Virus record (IMG/VR): IMGVR_UViG_3300021255_000040
Coordinates: 32,001 to 96,000 of that record
Length of the DNA stretch: 64,000 bases
Strand: one strand, 5' to 3'
Source of the DNA: a virus
Lineage: Duplodnaviria; Caudoviricetes
Shown here: positions 28,282 through 38,858 of the stretch, one piece after another
Numbering within the stretch: position 1 is the first letter of the stretch
Layout: every line of letters starts with the position of its first letter
Made by a program: the position numbers and the translations under genes
The notes under the pieces: model-generated
Seen by the model: only the letters and a program-made list of their open reading frames with translations
Told to the model about the DNA's origin: nothing
The model's database searches: none

Positions 28282-29004
28282 ATGGCAACAATTATTGCAA
28301 TTCTAGGTGCTTCTGGTGACGGTAAGACCACTAGCACAATCATTAATCCAGATGGAAAGTTTGACCTTGAGAACTATCAGGGCATGGATCCAAAGTCTCA
28401 TTTCATTATTAACTTGGACAGAAAGACTCTGCCTTTCCCTGGAGGAATGTGGGACACAGCTCACAAGAACTATATGGAACCTAAGACATTTGATGAAATC
28501 AGGAAGGGCTTGGAATACTGTGCCAAGAATCCTGAGATTAAGTCTGTGGCCATTGATACCATTAATATATGGCTCTCCATGAAAGAGTTTAATGACCGTA
28601 AGAAGATGTCCTTTGACCAGTGGAGAGATATTGCCAATGATGTCATTGAGCTGAATATTCTCTGTAATACCACTCTGCGTAAAGACCAGACTGTCTATAT
28701 CTTTGGGCATACCATGCTTCAGACACAGCAGGATGGTACAGAGAAGATGGTATTCTCTGTGATTGGTAAAAAGCTCACTAAGACCCAGCCTGAGGGATTT
28801 TATCCTATTGTTCTGATGACCCGTGTAGACTATGGTGATGATGGTCAGAATAAGTATTTCTTCCAGACTAAGGCTAATCACAGTAGTGCTAAGTCACCAC
28901 TTGGACTATTCTCAGACTTTGAGATTCCCAATAGCCTGAAGCTGGTTGATAATGCTATTCGCAAGTATTACAAGATGGATGAACAAGCTACAGGTGTAGC
29001 ATAA
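28282..29004 (+). CDS. AAA_24/Sak4-like ATPase
   Basis: GASGDGKTT, VAIDT, IFGH; promoter TATCTTTG at 28235-28242. Confidence 0.8.
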   Translation: MATIIAILGASGDGKTTSTIINPDGKFDLENYQGMDPKSHFIINLDRKTLPFPGGMWDTAHKNYMEPKTFDEIRKGLEYCAKNPEIKSVAIDTINIWLSMKEFNDRKKMSFDQWRDIANDVIELNILCNTTLRKDQTVYIFGHTMLQTQQDGTEKMVFSVIGKKLTKTQPEGFYPIVLMTRVDYGDDGQNKYFFQTKANHSSAKSPLGLFSDFEIPNSLKLVDNAIRKYYKMDEQATGVA

Positions 29005-29039
29005 GGAAATAAATCATTTAATTAATTCAAACAAATCGT

Positions 29040-29558
29040 ATGGAAAAAAGAATTTCATGTTCTCAGTTCATGATTGTGAAGAATGTAGCCAAGGCTATTG
29101 ACCCTGTTGTGCGTCAGAAGGCTACCATTCAGGCTAAGATTAACAACATTGAAGAGGACTACAAGAAGAAGGAAGAGGAAGAGATGGCCAAACTGAAGCA
29201 GCGTCTGGAAAAAGGCAAGGCTAAGAAGCTGGAGGCTCTGAATGCTGAGTTACAGGCTAAGGATGGTCAGATTGAGGCTCTTGAGTCTGGTGTGGTTAAG
29301 ATTGTAGGATTCCATGTTACTGACCTTGTGAAGAAGGTTATGGAACCTAATGGTAAAGTGGATGATAAGGGTAATCCTATTAAGGTTACTAAGTTCCTGC
29401 CCACCGATATGATTTCTTATGATGAGCAGAAAAAGGAGTATGTCATCACTACTGCTGATGATGCAGAGCAGCCCATTGTTCCCCCTACTACAGAAGATGG
29501 CCCTGGTTCTGACTTTGATAAGGATGCAGAGCACAACAATCTCCCTTGGGAAAACTAA
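29040..29558 (+). CDS. coiled-coil protein with acidic LPWE tail
   Basis: Long K/E heptads; resembles 32511..32846. Confidence 0.75.
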   Translation: MEKRISCSQFMIVKNVAKAIDPVVRQKATIQAKINNIEEDYKKKEEEEMAKLKQRLEKGKAKKLEALNAELQAKDGQIEALESGVVKIVGFHVTDLVKKVMEPNGKVDDKGNPIKVTKFLPTDMISYDEQKKEYVITTADDAEQPIVPPTTEDGPGSDFDKDAEHNNLPWEN

Positions 29559-29595
29559 ACAACAAGTATAACATTTAATTTATTGATAAACAATT

Positions 29596-30516
29596 ATGAA
29601 GAATTTTAATCGTTCATTCAGCCTTTTGGCTATTGGTAAGACAGCAGAGTCAACTGAGACTCAGGAGTTTAAGCGTTACATTGGATTGGCTAGCACCTTT
29701 GTGAAGGGTGTCAATCCCTCAAAGAAGGAACTTGATGAGTTCTTTGGTTATGAGTCTCAGGCAGAACCAGAGTATGTAGTAGATACTGATAATGGTAAGG
29801 AAGCAAGGATTACATTCCTCCTTGAGGTTGATCCTGCACAGACCAATGGTATTGAGCTGAAGACCAGAGCTATGTTTACCCTGCGTGCTACTCCTGCTTA
29901 TAACCGTGACCAGACTAAGGTTCAGGTTATTGATAACTATGGTAACTATACTTGGGCCAATGTTGATGATGCAAAAGCTGGCAATAAGCTGCTCTCTGCT
30001 GATGGCAAGGAGCTGAAGATTGACTCTAAGTATCGCATGGCTTGTGTTGGTGAGTGTGACTTGGTAGCTTTCCTTAAAGCTTATCTTTGTGCAGAGGATG
30101 TCATGAAGTATGTTAATGGCTCTTGGATCAAGAAGGACAATCCTGATGAGTATAAGTTTGCTCTGGAGCACATCAAGGATTACTTCACTGGTAACTTCTC
30201 TGAGATTAAGGAAGCACTTGCTTTGCGTCCTAACAATAAGGTGAAGCTACTCTATGGTGTTCGCACTACTGATGAGGGCAAGCAGTATCAGGCTGTATGT
30301 ACTCGTGGTGAACTGATTCTGCGTAACTCTGCTGGTGTGAATGCACTGACAAAGCTGGAGAGGGATTTGGCTAATGCTAAGAACAATGGTGCTTACCAGA
30401 ATACAGATTATAAGGTTCAGGAGCTTCAGGAGTGGACTGTAGAGCCTACCAATTTGGAGCAGGCTCCTGCATCAGCAGACTCAGGCAGTTCAAGTGAGCT
30501 TCCTTGGGAGGCATAA
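29596..30516 (+). CDS. putative single-stranded DNA-binding protein
   Basis: Lies between the ATPase and primase; flexible acidic tail ending ELPWEA. Confidence 0.55.
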   Translation: MKNFNRSFSLLAIGKTAESTETQEFKRYIGLASTFVKGVNPSKKELDEFFGYESQAEPEYVVDTDNGKEARITFLLEVDPAQTNGIELKTRAMFTLRATPAYNRDQTKVQVIDNYGNYTWANVDDAKAGNKLLSADGKELKIDSKYRMACVGECDLVAFLKAYLCAEDVMKYVNGSWIKKDNPDEYKFALEHIKDYFTGNFSEIKEALALRPNNKVKLLYGVRTTDEGKQYQAVCTRGELILRNSAGVNALTKLERDLANAKNNGAYQNTDYKVQELQEWTVEPTNLEQAPASADSGSSSELPWEA

Positions 30517-30608
30517 TAATATGAAAGGTCAGGAATAAGGGCTAAGTCGCCAAGCGTCTAATACTTATTTCTGAACCTTTCTTTTTAACCCTTTAAAGTG
30601 ATAATCTT

Positions 30609-31691
30609 ATGATAGTAGGCAAAACAACATCCAGTATCTCTATTCCAGAGTTATTTGAAAAGTATTCAGAGATTAAGATACTCACAGCAGTATTCCCAGA
30701 GATAACCAGTATTCCTTGTAGAATCCAGTCTCCATTCAGAGTTGACAACAATCCATCATTCAGCATCTATCTTGACAATGACAATCACATCAAGTTCAAG
30801 GACTTTGGAGACAGTGATTGCAGAGGCAGTCTCTTGGATTTGCTTTGTAAGAAATGGAACTGTACTTTCAACCAAGTCTTTGATAAAATACTGGAACTGA
30901 TGTCTAAACAGGAAGGTTCAGAGGTCAATCTTAGAATGAAACAGATTAAGACTCTCACTAGAAAAGAAGCTTCTGAGCTTACTAAGATTCAAGTTAAAGT
31001 CAGACCTTGGCAGAAGTATGATGAAGAATATTGGAAGAGCTATGGGGTGGAGAAACAATGGTTAAAACACTCAGAAATTTATCCTATTAGTCATAAAATT
31101 ATCACTAAAAAGAATTCCCAAACAGGTAAAACTACTAAATACACATTCCCTGTTCCTAAATACTGTTATTGCTATGTTGAAAGAAAAGAGGGTAAATTGT
31201 CTTTAAAGCTATATTCTCCGTTCAGTAAAGATTATAAATGGTGTTCTAAAATGGATGCCAGTGTCATTTCTCTATGGACTAAAGTTCCTGAATATGGAGA
31301 TAAAATTATCATTGCTTCCTCTACTAAAGACGCATTATGCATTTCCTGTAACCTTCACATACCTGCTGTTGCCCCACAAGGTGAAGCCTACAACCTTTCT
31401 GATACAGCAGTTTCAGAATTAAAAAGAAGATACAAGAATGTGTACATTGCTTTTGATGGGGATAAAGCAGGATTAGCCGATGCTAAAAAATTAGCCAATT
31501 CTACAGGTTTTAAAACTCTCAGTTGCCCCATTCTCAAGACTCCTTCTGAGGATAGAAAGGAAGTAGTTGCTCTTATATCAGAGGGATTAGAGAAAAAAGA
31601 TATGGCAAAAGATTGGTCTGATATATTCCTATATTTTGGCAATGATAGGTTTACAGAAGAATTTAATAAAGCCTTAGACTATGCAAACTGA
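30609..31691 (+). CDS. dnaG: DNA primase (Toprim)
   Basis: SPFRVDNNPSF...FKDFG N-domain; SSTKDAL, FDGDKAG, KDWSD. Confidence 0.85.
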   Translation: MIVGKTTSSISIPELFEKYSEIKILTAVFPEITSIPCRIQSPFRVDNNPSFSIYLDNDNHIKFKDFGDSDCRGSLLDLLCKKWNCTFNQVFDKILELMSKQEGSEVNLRMKQIKTLTRKEASELTKIQVKVRPWQKYDEEYWKSYGVEKQWLKHSEIYPISHKIITKKNSQTGKTTKYTFPVPKYCYCYVERKEGKLSLKLYSPFSKDYKWCSKMDASVISLWTKVPEYGDKIIIASSTKDALCISCNLHIPAVAPQGEAYNLSDTAVSELKRRYKNVYIAFDGDKAGLADAKKLANSTGFKTLSCPILKTPSEDRKEVVALISEGLEKKDMAKDWSDIFLYFGNDRFTEEFNKALDYAN

Positions 31692-32481
31692 AGAAATTTG
31701 GAAAGATATTCCAGGATATAACGGAAGATACCAAGCAAGTAATCTAGGAAGAATTAGAAGTACAGATAAAACGGTGCTTAAGAATAATGGTGTTTTAGGG
31801 CCTTATAAAGGCAAAATCCTTAGATTATTTGAAGGAACAGGTGGTTATATGTATGTAGCTATAGCTAAAGAACAAAATAAGTTTCAAGCGAAAAGATTAC
31901 ATAGAGTAATTGCAGAAACATTTATTCCTAATCCTTTAAATCTACCACAAGTAAATCATATTAATGAGGATAAGAAAGACAATAGAGCAGAAAACTTAGA
32001 GTGGTGTACTGGAAAGTATAACACTAACTATGGTCACAGAGCAGAAAAATTTGCTATTTCTATGCGTAACAACACCTCCCTTAGTAAGGAGGTTAATCAG
32101 TATGATTTAGAAGGAAACTACATAAGAAGTTTTCCTTCTGCTGCTGAGGCTGCGAGATTCCTTGATTTAAATGATGTAGCTGCTGGAAGAATTGGACAAT
32201 GTTGCAGACACTTATTCAAAAAAGGTAACTCTGCTTATGGCTATTTGTGGGAATTTGCAACAACTGAAAACAAAGGAATACCTATAGAAAAACTCCAAAT
32301 AGGCATTCCTATATATCAGTACTCTCTCGATAATTGTTTCATTAAAAAGTGGGACAATATAAGAACTGCTGCTCGAACTTTAAATTTAAGTGAGAGTAAT
32401 ATTAATAGAGCTTATAAATATCAAAAAACCTGTGGAGGTTTCAAATGGAGCAAAACTCTATTGCAGTCAAATCACAATTAA
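31681..32481 (+). CDS. NUMOD4-HNH-NUMOD1 homing endonuclease
   Basis: EIWKDIPGY..YQASNLGRIRS; HRVIAETF; VNHINEDKKDNRAENLEWCT. Confidence 0.92.
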   Translation: MQTEEIWKDIPGYNGRYQASNLGRIRSTDKTVLKNNGVLGPYKGKILRLFEGTGGYMYVAIAKEQNKFQAKRLHRVIAETFIPNPLNLPQVNHINEDKKDNRAENLEWCTGKYNTNYGHRAEKFAISMRNNTSLSKEVNQYDLEGNYIRSFPSAAEAARFLDLNDVAAGRIGQCCRHLFKKGNSAYGYLWEFATTENKGIPIEKLQIGIPIYQYSLDNCFIKKWDNIRTAARTLNLSESNINRAYKYQKTCGGFKWSKTLLQSNHN

Positions 32482-32510
32482 AAAATTAAAATCATTATTT
32501 TATTAAATTT

Positions 32511-32846
32511 ATGGCAGAAAACAATGTGCTTGGTCTGGATAAGTTTCAAACTACCATGATTAAGCGTAACTATGGTATTATCAAACCCATTATTGCAAAG
32601 CGTGAGAAGGATCAGAAGAAGATTGATGATAAGCAGAAGGAACTGGATGCTCTGAAGCTGTCTCTTGAAGCTGAGATTAACACCTATAATGAGCAGATTT
32701 CTGCTCTTGACAAATTCACTCTTGACACTACTGAGCGTTTCTGTGGCATTAGTCTTACTTCAGAACAGGTAATTGACTTCATGGAGAATCCTGAGAAGTT
32801 TGCAGCCTATAAGCATGAGATGGGATTGGATGAGAATCAAGATTAA
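32511..32846 (+). CDS. coiled-coil hypothetical protein
   Basis: 111 aa, resembles 29040..29558. Confidence 0.7.
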   Translation: MAENNVLGLDKFQTTMIKRNYGIIKPIIAKREKDQKKIDDKQKELDALKLSLEAEINTYNEQISALDKFTLDTTERFCGISLTSEQVIDFMENPEKFAAYKHEMGLDENQD

Positions 32847-32872
32847 TAACAACTAAAAAACAACTGAGAATT

Positions 32873-33166
32873 ATGGAAAGAAAAGAACTTTATGCAAAGA
32901 TTCAGCAGCTGGGTCTTCAAGAAGAGGTGAAGAACACCTATGGTAAGAACTACACAATGGTAAGTAATGACAATCTGGAGCGCATCATCTGGAAGTATGA
33001 TGCTACTCTGGCTAGTAAAGACCCTGATGCTCCTGTAACAGAGGAAACCACTAAGCCCCAGACTGAAACCACTCAGACAGAGAATGCTTATGAGGCAGCT
33101 TGCTTGGTATTCCTTGGAATCTTGAAGGATTCAGGAAAGCTGAATGACCTGTTAGCCAAGCTCTAA
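32873..33166 (+). CDS. hypothetical protein
   Basis: 97 aa; terminator hairpin near 33192-33225. Confidence 0.7.
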   Translation: MERKELYAKIQQLGLQEEVKNTYGKNYTMVSNDNLERIIWKYDATLASKDPDAPVTEETTKPQTETTQTENAYEAACLVFLGILKDSGKLNDLLAKL

Positions 33167-33245
33167 GTGATAGGGCTATTTTGTTTAGTATGGGGAGGAG
33201 AAAATAGTAACCCCTCCCCTTTTTAACTTTTAACTCACGTTAGAA

Positions 33246-35483
33246 ATGATAATTAACAGAAATGAAAGTGAAGTTACCGTCTTAGGTGAAGTACAAAAGC
33301 ATAAGGTAGGCATTGACGAAAGAAACATTAATCATATTGTAACCATTCTGTCCTCTAATCTCTACTCTCATCCAATGCAGTCTTTTCTGCGTGAGATTGT
33401 CAGTAATGCTATAGACTCTCATATTGAGGCTGGAGTCAATGAGCCTGTCATCATTACTATTACTGACAATGATTTGTCCATTAGGGATTTTGGTACTGGC
33501 ATTTCTCCAGAAAGATTTGAAGAGATATTCTTAAACATAGGTAGTAGTACTAAAAGAGACAGTAATGATTATATAGGAACCTTCGGTATCGGCAGGTTTG
33601 CTTCACTTGCAGTAGCAGATATAGTTAACATTACCTCATTTTATGATGGTAAGGCCTACTACTATGTGATGAACAAAGACATAGACCAGCTGCATATTGA
33701 CCTGATACTGGAGAAAGATACTGATGAGCACAATGGTGTAGAAGTGAAGATTCCATTCAAAGCTTCTTTGCAGGATGAAGACTGGAAAGCTCTTGCCTTT
33801 ATCAAGAACCTCTATATTGAGGATAAGAGGAAGTATCCTAATACAGACCAAGGCAGCATCATCTTCTCATTCAATAAGAGGAAAGTCTATACCTACAAGA
33901 CCTTCAAAGTACTGGAGATTGGTTATCCTTATAGCACTAAAGACAGATATACTGAAGTGTTGGTAGGCAATATCCCTTATAGAGTGGACTATAGTTCCCT
34001 GTGGGAGGAAGATAGATATGACAACTGGGAAGATGCATTCAAGAAAGTATGCCCTTGTCTGAATATTGGTGAAGTGGATATTACTCCCAACAGAGAGGGA
34101 TTGCTCTATTCTGAACGTACCAAGAAGGCTTTGTGTAATGCTTATAATGAAGCTATTGATGAACTAACTACACTCTGGGAAGTATCATGCAATGAAGAAT
34201 GCACTGACTTTAGGCAGTTTGCCCATGCCATTAAGAACCACTATGACAATGAACTGAAACTGGAAGGTGGTATCAGGGTTGATGTAGATAATGACCTGTC
34301 CTATATAGTCAAGATGAAGGATTTTCCTAAGTATAACTTCAAGGAACTGAAAGATATTATCCGCACTCTGCTTTATTCCAGCACAGATTATGTTATAACT
34401 TGCTTGGATCATAATGAAATGCAGAAAGGCAGAAGACTACTTGAGCAAAGTATTGAAAGAATAATGGACAAGTGTGATGATGCTTATACTGCCATGATTG
34501 CTATGCCTGCATCTTATGGTATCAGCAGCAAGTATCTCAAGGGTTTCCTCAGTGAGCAGTTTCCTAATCAAAGGGTAATGCTACTCCGAGAGCCTCATAT
34601 CTCTTTAGGCAGAGTCAGAAGTTTTATCCGTCAGAAATATGGTATTACCACTCTGACTGATTCCAAGAAGATGCATCTCATCATAGCTTGTCTGAAGCAC
34701 CTGATGAAGTATTTCAGTCAGCACATTCGCAGATGGGATATTATTAACTCTCCAGAGTATCTTCAGTATAAGGAGGACAATAAGGAAGAGAAGGTGTATG
34801 TTCGTAACAACACTAAAGTGCCTTGTCACATCTGGTATCCTTCTGATACTTCCCCTGAGACTGAGACTGATACACCTAATAACCTGATAAGAAGTCTTCA
34901 CAACAGATACAAAAAGGCAAGAATAGTCTATGCACAGCTTGATAGTCCTTTTATTTATGGCTTCAAGGGTATTAACTACCCTAACCTTATTATTATAGGT
35001 CTGGCTCAGAACAACTATCAGTTGGCTGAAAAGGGAATGTTTCCTGACTATGTAAGACCTATTGAGGAGCTGTATTCTCCTGACAACAGGACTCTTCAGA
35101 GAATAGCTGCTATGGAGTATGTTCGTAATAAGGTACTTGTTACTAGTTTGAGCATGGCTTTCCCTAAACCGTTAAGAGAAATAGCTGATAAGCTCAGTAA
35201 GTATCAAGACAAGTATCCCCATATTGGTCGCCATGATTATAGATATGATGGAGCCTACAATATTCTGAGAGTAGTTCCTGAGGAGAAATATGACAAAGAG
35301 ATTATAGCCCTCTATCATCAGTTGGAAAAACCTTATGAGGTACAGCGTAAGATAAGTAACCACTATGGCAGTAAAAGTGATTTCTTCTGGTATTTTCTGA
35401 TGAAGGCTAAGAAGTTCAGACTGGACTATGACTATTATAAATGTATTAGAGACGACATTGACAAAATAACAAATCTATTATGA
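33246..35483 (+). CDS. rIIA: rIIA-like protein (GHKL ATPase N-terminus)
   Basis: LYSHP...REIVSNAIDSH, DFGTGI, STKR, GTFGIG; coupled to the rIIB-like gene. Confidence 0.85.
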   Translation: MIINRNESEVTVLGEVQKHKVGIDERNINHIVTILSSNLYSHPMQSFLREIVSNAIDSHIEAGVNEPVIITITDNDLSIRDFGTGISPERFEEIFLNIGSSTKRDSNDYIGTFGIGRFASLAVADIVNITSFYDGKAYYYVMNKDIDQLHIDLILEKDTDEHNGVEVKIPFKASLQDEDWKALAFIKNLYIEDKRKYPNTDQGSIIFSFNKRKVYTYKTFKVLEIGYPYSTKDRYTEVLVGNIPYRVDYSSLWEEDRYDNWEDAFKKVCPCLNIGEVDITPNREGLLYSERTKKALCNAYNEAIDELTTLWEVSCNEECTDFRQFAHAIKNHYDNELKLEGGIRVDVDNDLSYIVKMKDFPKYNFKELKDIIRTLLYSSTDYVITCLDHNEMQKGRRLLEQSIERIMDKCDDAYTAMIAMPASYGISSKYLKGFLSEQFPNQRVMLLREPHISLGRVRSFIRQKYGITTLTDSKKMHLIIACLKHLMKYFSQHIRRWDIINSPEYLQYKEDNKEEKVYVRNNTKVPCHIWYPSDTSPETETDTPNNLIRSLHNRYKKARIVYAQLDSPFIYGFKGINYPNLIIIGLAQNNYQLAEKGMFPDYVRPIEELYSPDNRTLQRIAAMEYVRNKVLVTSLSMAFPKPLREIADKLSKYQDKYPHIGRHDYRYDGAYNILRVVPEEKYDKEIIALYHQLEKPYEVQRKISNHYGSKSDFFWYFLMKAKKFRLDYDYYKCIRDDIDKITNLL

Positions 35484-38400
35484 GAATTGTAAGAGTAAAC
35501 AATAGCTTAACGGCTATATTGTCTGATGGCAGAATCATTCAGACAAACAATTGCACTGATGAAATCTTTGAGCAGGTGAAGAAGTTCAAGGAAGATAATA
35601 ATGAATTTGAACTGATTAACCTGCTGATTCCTGAGATTGATGAGGATGATGCAGAGGAGAATGAGCAGAAGAAGTTCCGTACATTCTTTATTCAGACCGC
35701 TAAGAAAGCTGAAACCTCTGCTATCCTTGAGGTAAAGACTGATGACAATGGTGTTCAGGCTATGTACTGGAACTCAGTATCTCCATTATCCTTGCCTCCT
35801 GAACTGGCAGAGAGAATCCTTAAGGCTGAGAAGGATGGTGATGAGAACCTGCTGGATACCTATAAGAATTTCTGGACTCTCACTTCACTAAATCCTCGTC
35901 CAGAGGTCAGGAGAAATCTGTTCAGGTTCCTGTCTAAGTGGGGCATGGTTATCTCCAAGTCTGGCTTGTTTGTAGGTTATAGAAATGTAGAGGTGAAGGA
36001 AGAGGGTAAAACCCCAGAGACCACTATCTTTACTGATTCTCACAGTCACTCCACAACTATCCGTATTGGTCATGTAACCTCATTACCCATTGAAGAGTGC
36101 GACCTTGATAATGACAGAGAATGTAGTAGAGGGTTAACATGTAGCCCACTTAGGAAGTAATTCCTTTGGAAAATAACGGGTAAAATCGGTGAAGCTATTT
36201 AACATTTACTTTAGAAATATTTAGGACATTAATTAGGTGGTTGCTCTATTGGAGCAATTTCTGTACCTTTACAACAACAAAAGATTGTAAAGGATGAAAT
36301 TCACAAAAGAGCAATTAGAAAAGATTTATTTAGAAGAGTGCGTAAACAACAAAATGCGCTACTCTGAAGTTAAAAAGAAGTATGATATTCCAAGAGGTAC
36401 TTGGGACTATTGGATCAGGAAAAGAGGAGGCAAAAAGGCAGACCTTAGAAGGCACAGGCCAAATGATGACTTCTTTAATTCCATTGATTCAGAAGTAAAG
36501 GCTTACCTACTTGGATATTTGTATGCTGATGGGTATTTAGCATCTGATGGTAGAATTGGGATTAGATTGCAGGAAGATGATGTAGAAATAATAGAAATGA
36601 TACAGAAATATATCTGTCCTAATAGTCCTGTTGAATCTTCAAATAATCAAAATTTCAAAAGAAAACCACAGCATTCTATTAGATGGAAATCTCCAATAAT
36701 GTATAAAAGACTGCAAGAATTAGGGTTTTGCATAGATAAAACTCATACAGATTCTAATATTTTTCAGCTAATCCCTGAAGAATTGAAAAGGCATTTTCTT
36801 AGAGGATATACTGATGGAGATGGTCATATACAATCCTATAGACTAGATAATAGCACTTATAGAAAGATTAGTATAGTTTGGGCTAATGGAAGTTCTCAGA
36901 TACTGACAGATATTCAAAATTGGCTACCTCAATACCATTGGCATCTATATAACAATGAAACTTTTTATGTTTTAGGATGCTATACACAGCATGATGTATA
37001 CAGAGTAATAGAACTGCTTTACAAAGATGCAAACTTCTTTTTAACTAGAAAAATGAATCAAGCTAATAAAATATTTGATTTCTTTAGTAATAGTAATACC
37101 GAGCTAACTCAACAGATTGCGTAAGGCTGTTGGGTAGTGTAACGCATAGGTGGTGAATAAATATAATCCACCCACGAGTATCCGTCTCCTTATGGGAGCA
37201 AAATATATGCTGAACTGCAAGAAGAGTTAAAGTACTTGCAGAACTACAGGATAAAAAGCCTGTAGGATAACAAAATTGTACACATCGGAGGTACTTCATG
37301 GCTCCGCTATAACTATTTTGGTGATACAGGTCTTGTATGTCTGGTCAATCCAATGGATGTAGTTGCTGTGCCTTAATATACCAGGGCCACATAGTAGAAA
37401 TATTATGTGATAACGGGCAAAAACGGTGAAAGTTAAACTTTACAAAATACTTGTCTATTTCATTGAAAATTACTATCTTTGTAATTGAAATGAAGATAGA
37501 GAAATATACAAATGAAATAAATCTTGCAGATATTGGAGTATACATTATTACTCATAACAACACTCCAACTGTCTATGTAGGCTCTACCTGCTGTAAAGGT
37601 GGTTTTGCTGAAAGATGGAGACACCATATTTTGTATTTAGAAAGAGGGAAAAATAATCCTGTACTAACAAATATATGCAAGAAATATGGAATTGAAGGTT
37701 TTAGATTCTCCATTTTAGAGAGAATGAATGGTTGTACACAAGAAGAAATAAGAAAAAGAGAAAGGTATTATATTGAGAAATATGATAGTTATACTCATGG
37801 AGCAAATTGTAGTTTAAGCACAGATTGTTCCTTTAGAGTGCAGAAACATTTTCCTAATACTCCTGAAAAGTGTCAAAAATATAAAGATACTTGTACAACC
37901 AAGAAACCAATGTATGTTTATAATGGAAAAGGCGAGTTAATATATACTTTTGAATCAAGTGTTGAAGCTGATAGATTCTTCGGACTCAAAAAAGGTTCTT
38001 GTGGAGATAAAGCCAGAGAGGGATGGTCTCTTAATGGCAAGTACTGGTTTAGTCGTACTAAGAAAGACTGGATACCAGAACAATTGAGACAAGAACGTAT
38101 AAAACAAGGTCAAGAAAGAGCAGCTAAAACTCGTAGAGAGAATGGCAGCTATGATAATAGGCCTATTAGAAGCGGTTTTCATGTATCTGAAAAAGCTAAG
38201 ATTAAAGCAAGAGTATCTAATAAAATAAGTATGAAAGTTGACTTATATAACTTAGATGGATCTTTCTATAAATCCTTTGAATCCCTTAATGAGTGTGATG
38301 ATTTTCTTGGTTTAACGAGAGGAGCTACATCTAAAGTACTCAAAAATAAAGCAAAAACACTAAAAAGAAAGTATATACCAGTAAAGCATACTAATACCGT

Positions 38401-38858
38401 GCTAACTGATTAGATTGCGTAAGGCTAATCAGTAGTGTAGAGCGTAGGTGGTGAATAAATATAATCCACCCAAGAGTGTCCGCTTCTGACTGCTACAATT
38501 GTAGTAAAAGAAGAAAATGTACGCCGAACTACAGGGAAACTTGTAGAACATAGGGATAAAAAGCCCTATGGATAACAATTTGTGGCATAATGCAGAGTAT
38601 GGTAAGATTCGCACTTGTGCCTATCTTCCTATTGGTACTGCCCAGTATAATGACAATGGCTACATTATTCCATATACAGACCAAGATGGCTTTGACTCCA
38701 AGTATGTCAAGCAGATTCTCTATGATGGAGTGATGAATCCTGAGGATAATCCTGAGTACAGTGTGCAGATTGATGTTAGAACTACTGGCCAGACCTACAA
38801 GTCAGTTTCTGATAAGCTCCTTGAAGTGGCAAGGAAGTTTATCAAGGAACAAAGATGA
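35480..38858 (+). CDS. rIIB: rIIB-like protein, spliced (exons 35480-36134, 37279-37373, 38583-38858; 341 aa)
   Basis: Joining the exons restores CSRGLHIGGTSW...LVNPMDVVAVPWHNAEYGKIRTCAY in frame. Confidence 0.88.
36135..37278 (+). mobile_element. group I intron 1 in rIIB
   Basis: P1 GGGU/GCCC with U.G splice site; P3 ACGGGTA/TATCCGT; P4 CGGT/ACCG; P7 GCATA/TATGC; terminal G. Confidence 0.9.
36294..37124 (+). CDS. intron-encoded double-motif LAGLIDADG homing endonuclease
   Basis: AYLLGYLYADG and HFLRGYTDGDG. Confidence 0.9.
   Translation: MKFTKEQLEKIYLEECVNNKMRYSEVKKKYDIPRGTWDYWIRKRGGKKADLRRHRPNDDFFNSIDSEVKAYLLGYLYADGYLASDGRIGIRLQEDDVEIIEMIQKYICPNSPVESSNNQNFKRKPQHSIRWKSPIMYKRLQELGFCIDKTHTDSNIFQLIPEELKRHFLRGYTDGDGHIQSYRLDNSTYRKISIVWANGSSQILTDIQNWLPQYHWHLYNNETFYVLGCYTQHDVYRVIELLYKDANFFLTRKMNQANKIFDFFSNSNTELTQQIA
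37374..38582 (+). mobile_element. group I intron 2 in rIIB
   Basis: P1 GCCU/GGGC; P3 CGGGCA/TGTCCG; P7 GCGTA/TACGC; terminal G; core nearly identical to intron 1. Confidence 0.9.
37490..38413 (+). CDS. intron-encoded GIY-YIG homing endonuclease with NUMOD1 repeats
   Basis: GVYII...VYVGS...RW..H...E..YI..Y; TATCTTTG at 37474-37481. Confidence 0.88.
   Translation: MKIEKYTNEINLADIGVYIITHNNTPTVYVGSTCCKGGFAERWRHHILYLERGKNNPVLTNICKKYGIEGFRFSILERMNGCTQEEIRKRERYYIEKYDSYTHGANCSLSTDCSFRVQKHFPNTPEKCQKYKDTCTTKKPMYVYNGKGELIYTFESSVEADRFFGLKKGSCGDKAREGWSLNGKYWFSRTKKDWIPEQLRQERIKQGQERAAKTRRENGSYDNRPIRSGFHVSEKAKIKARVSNKISMKVDLYNLDGSFYKSFESLNECDDFLGLTRGATSKVLKNKAKTLKRKYIPVKHTNTVLTD

Noticed and set aside
35480-36160. 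226-aa ORF and 38568..38858 ORF as independent genes
   Set aside because: They are exons of the spliced rIIB, and their ends run into intron sequence
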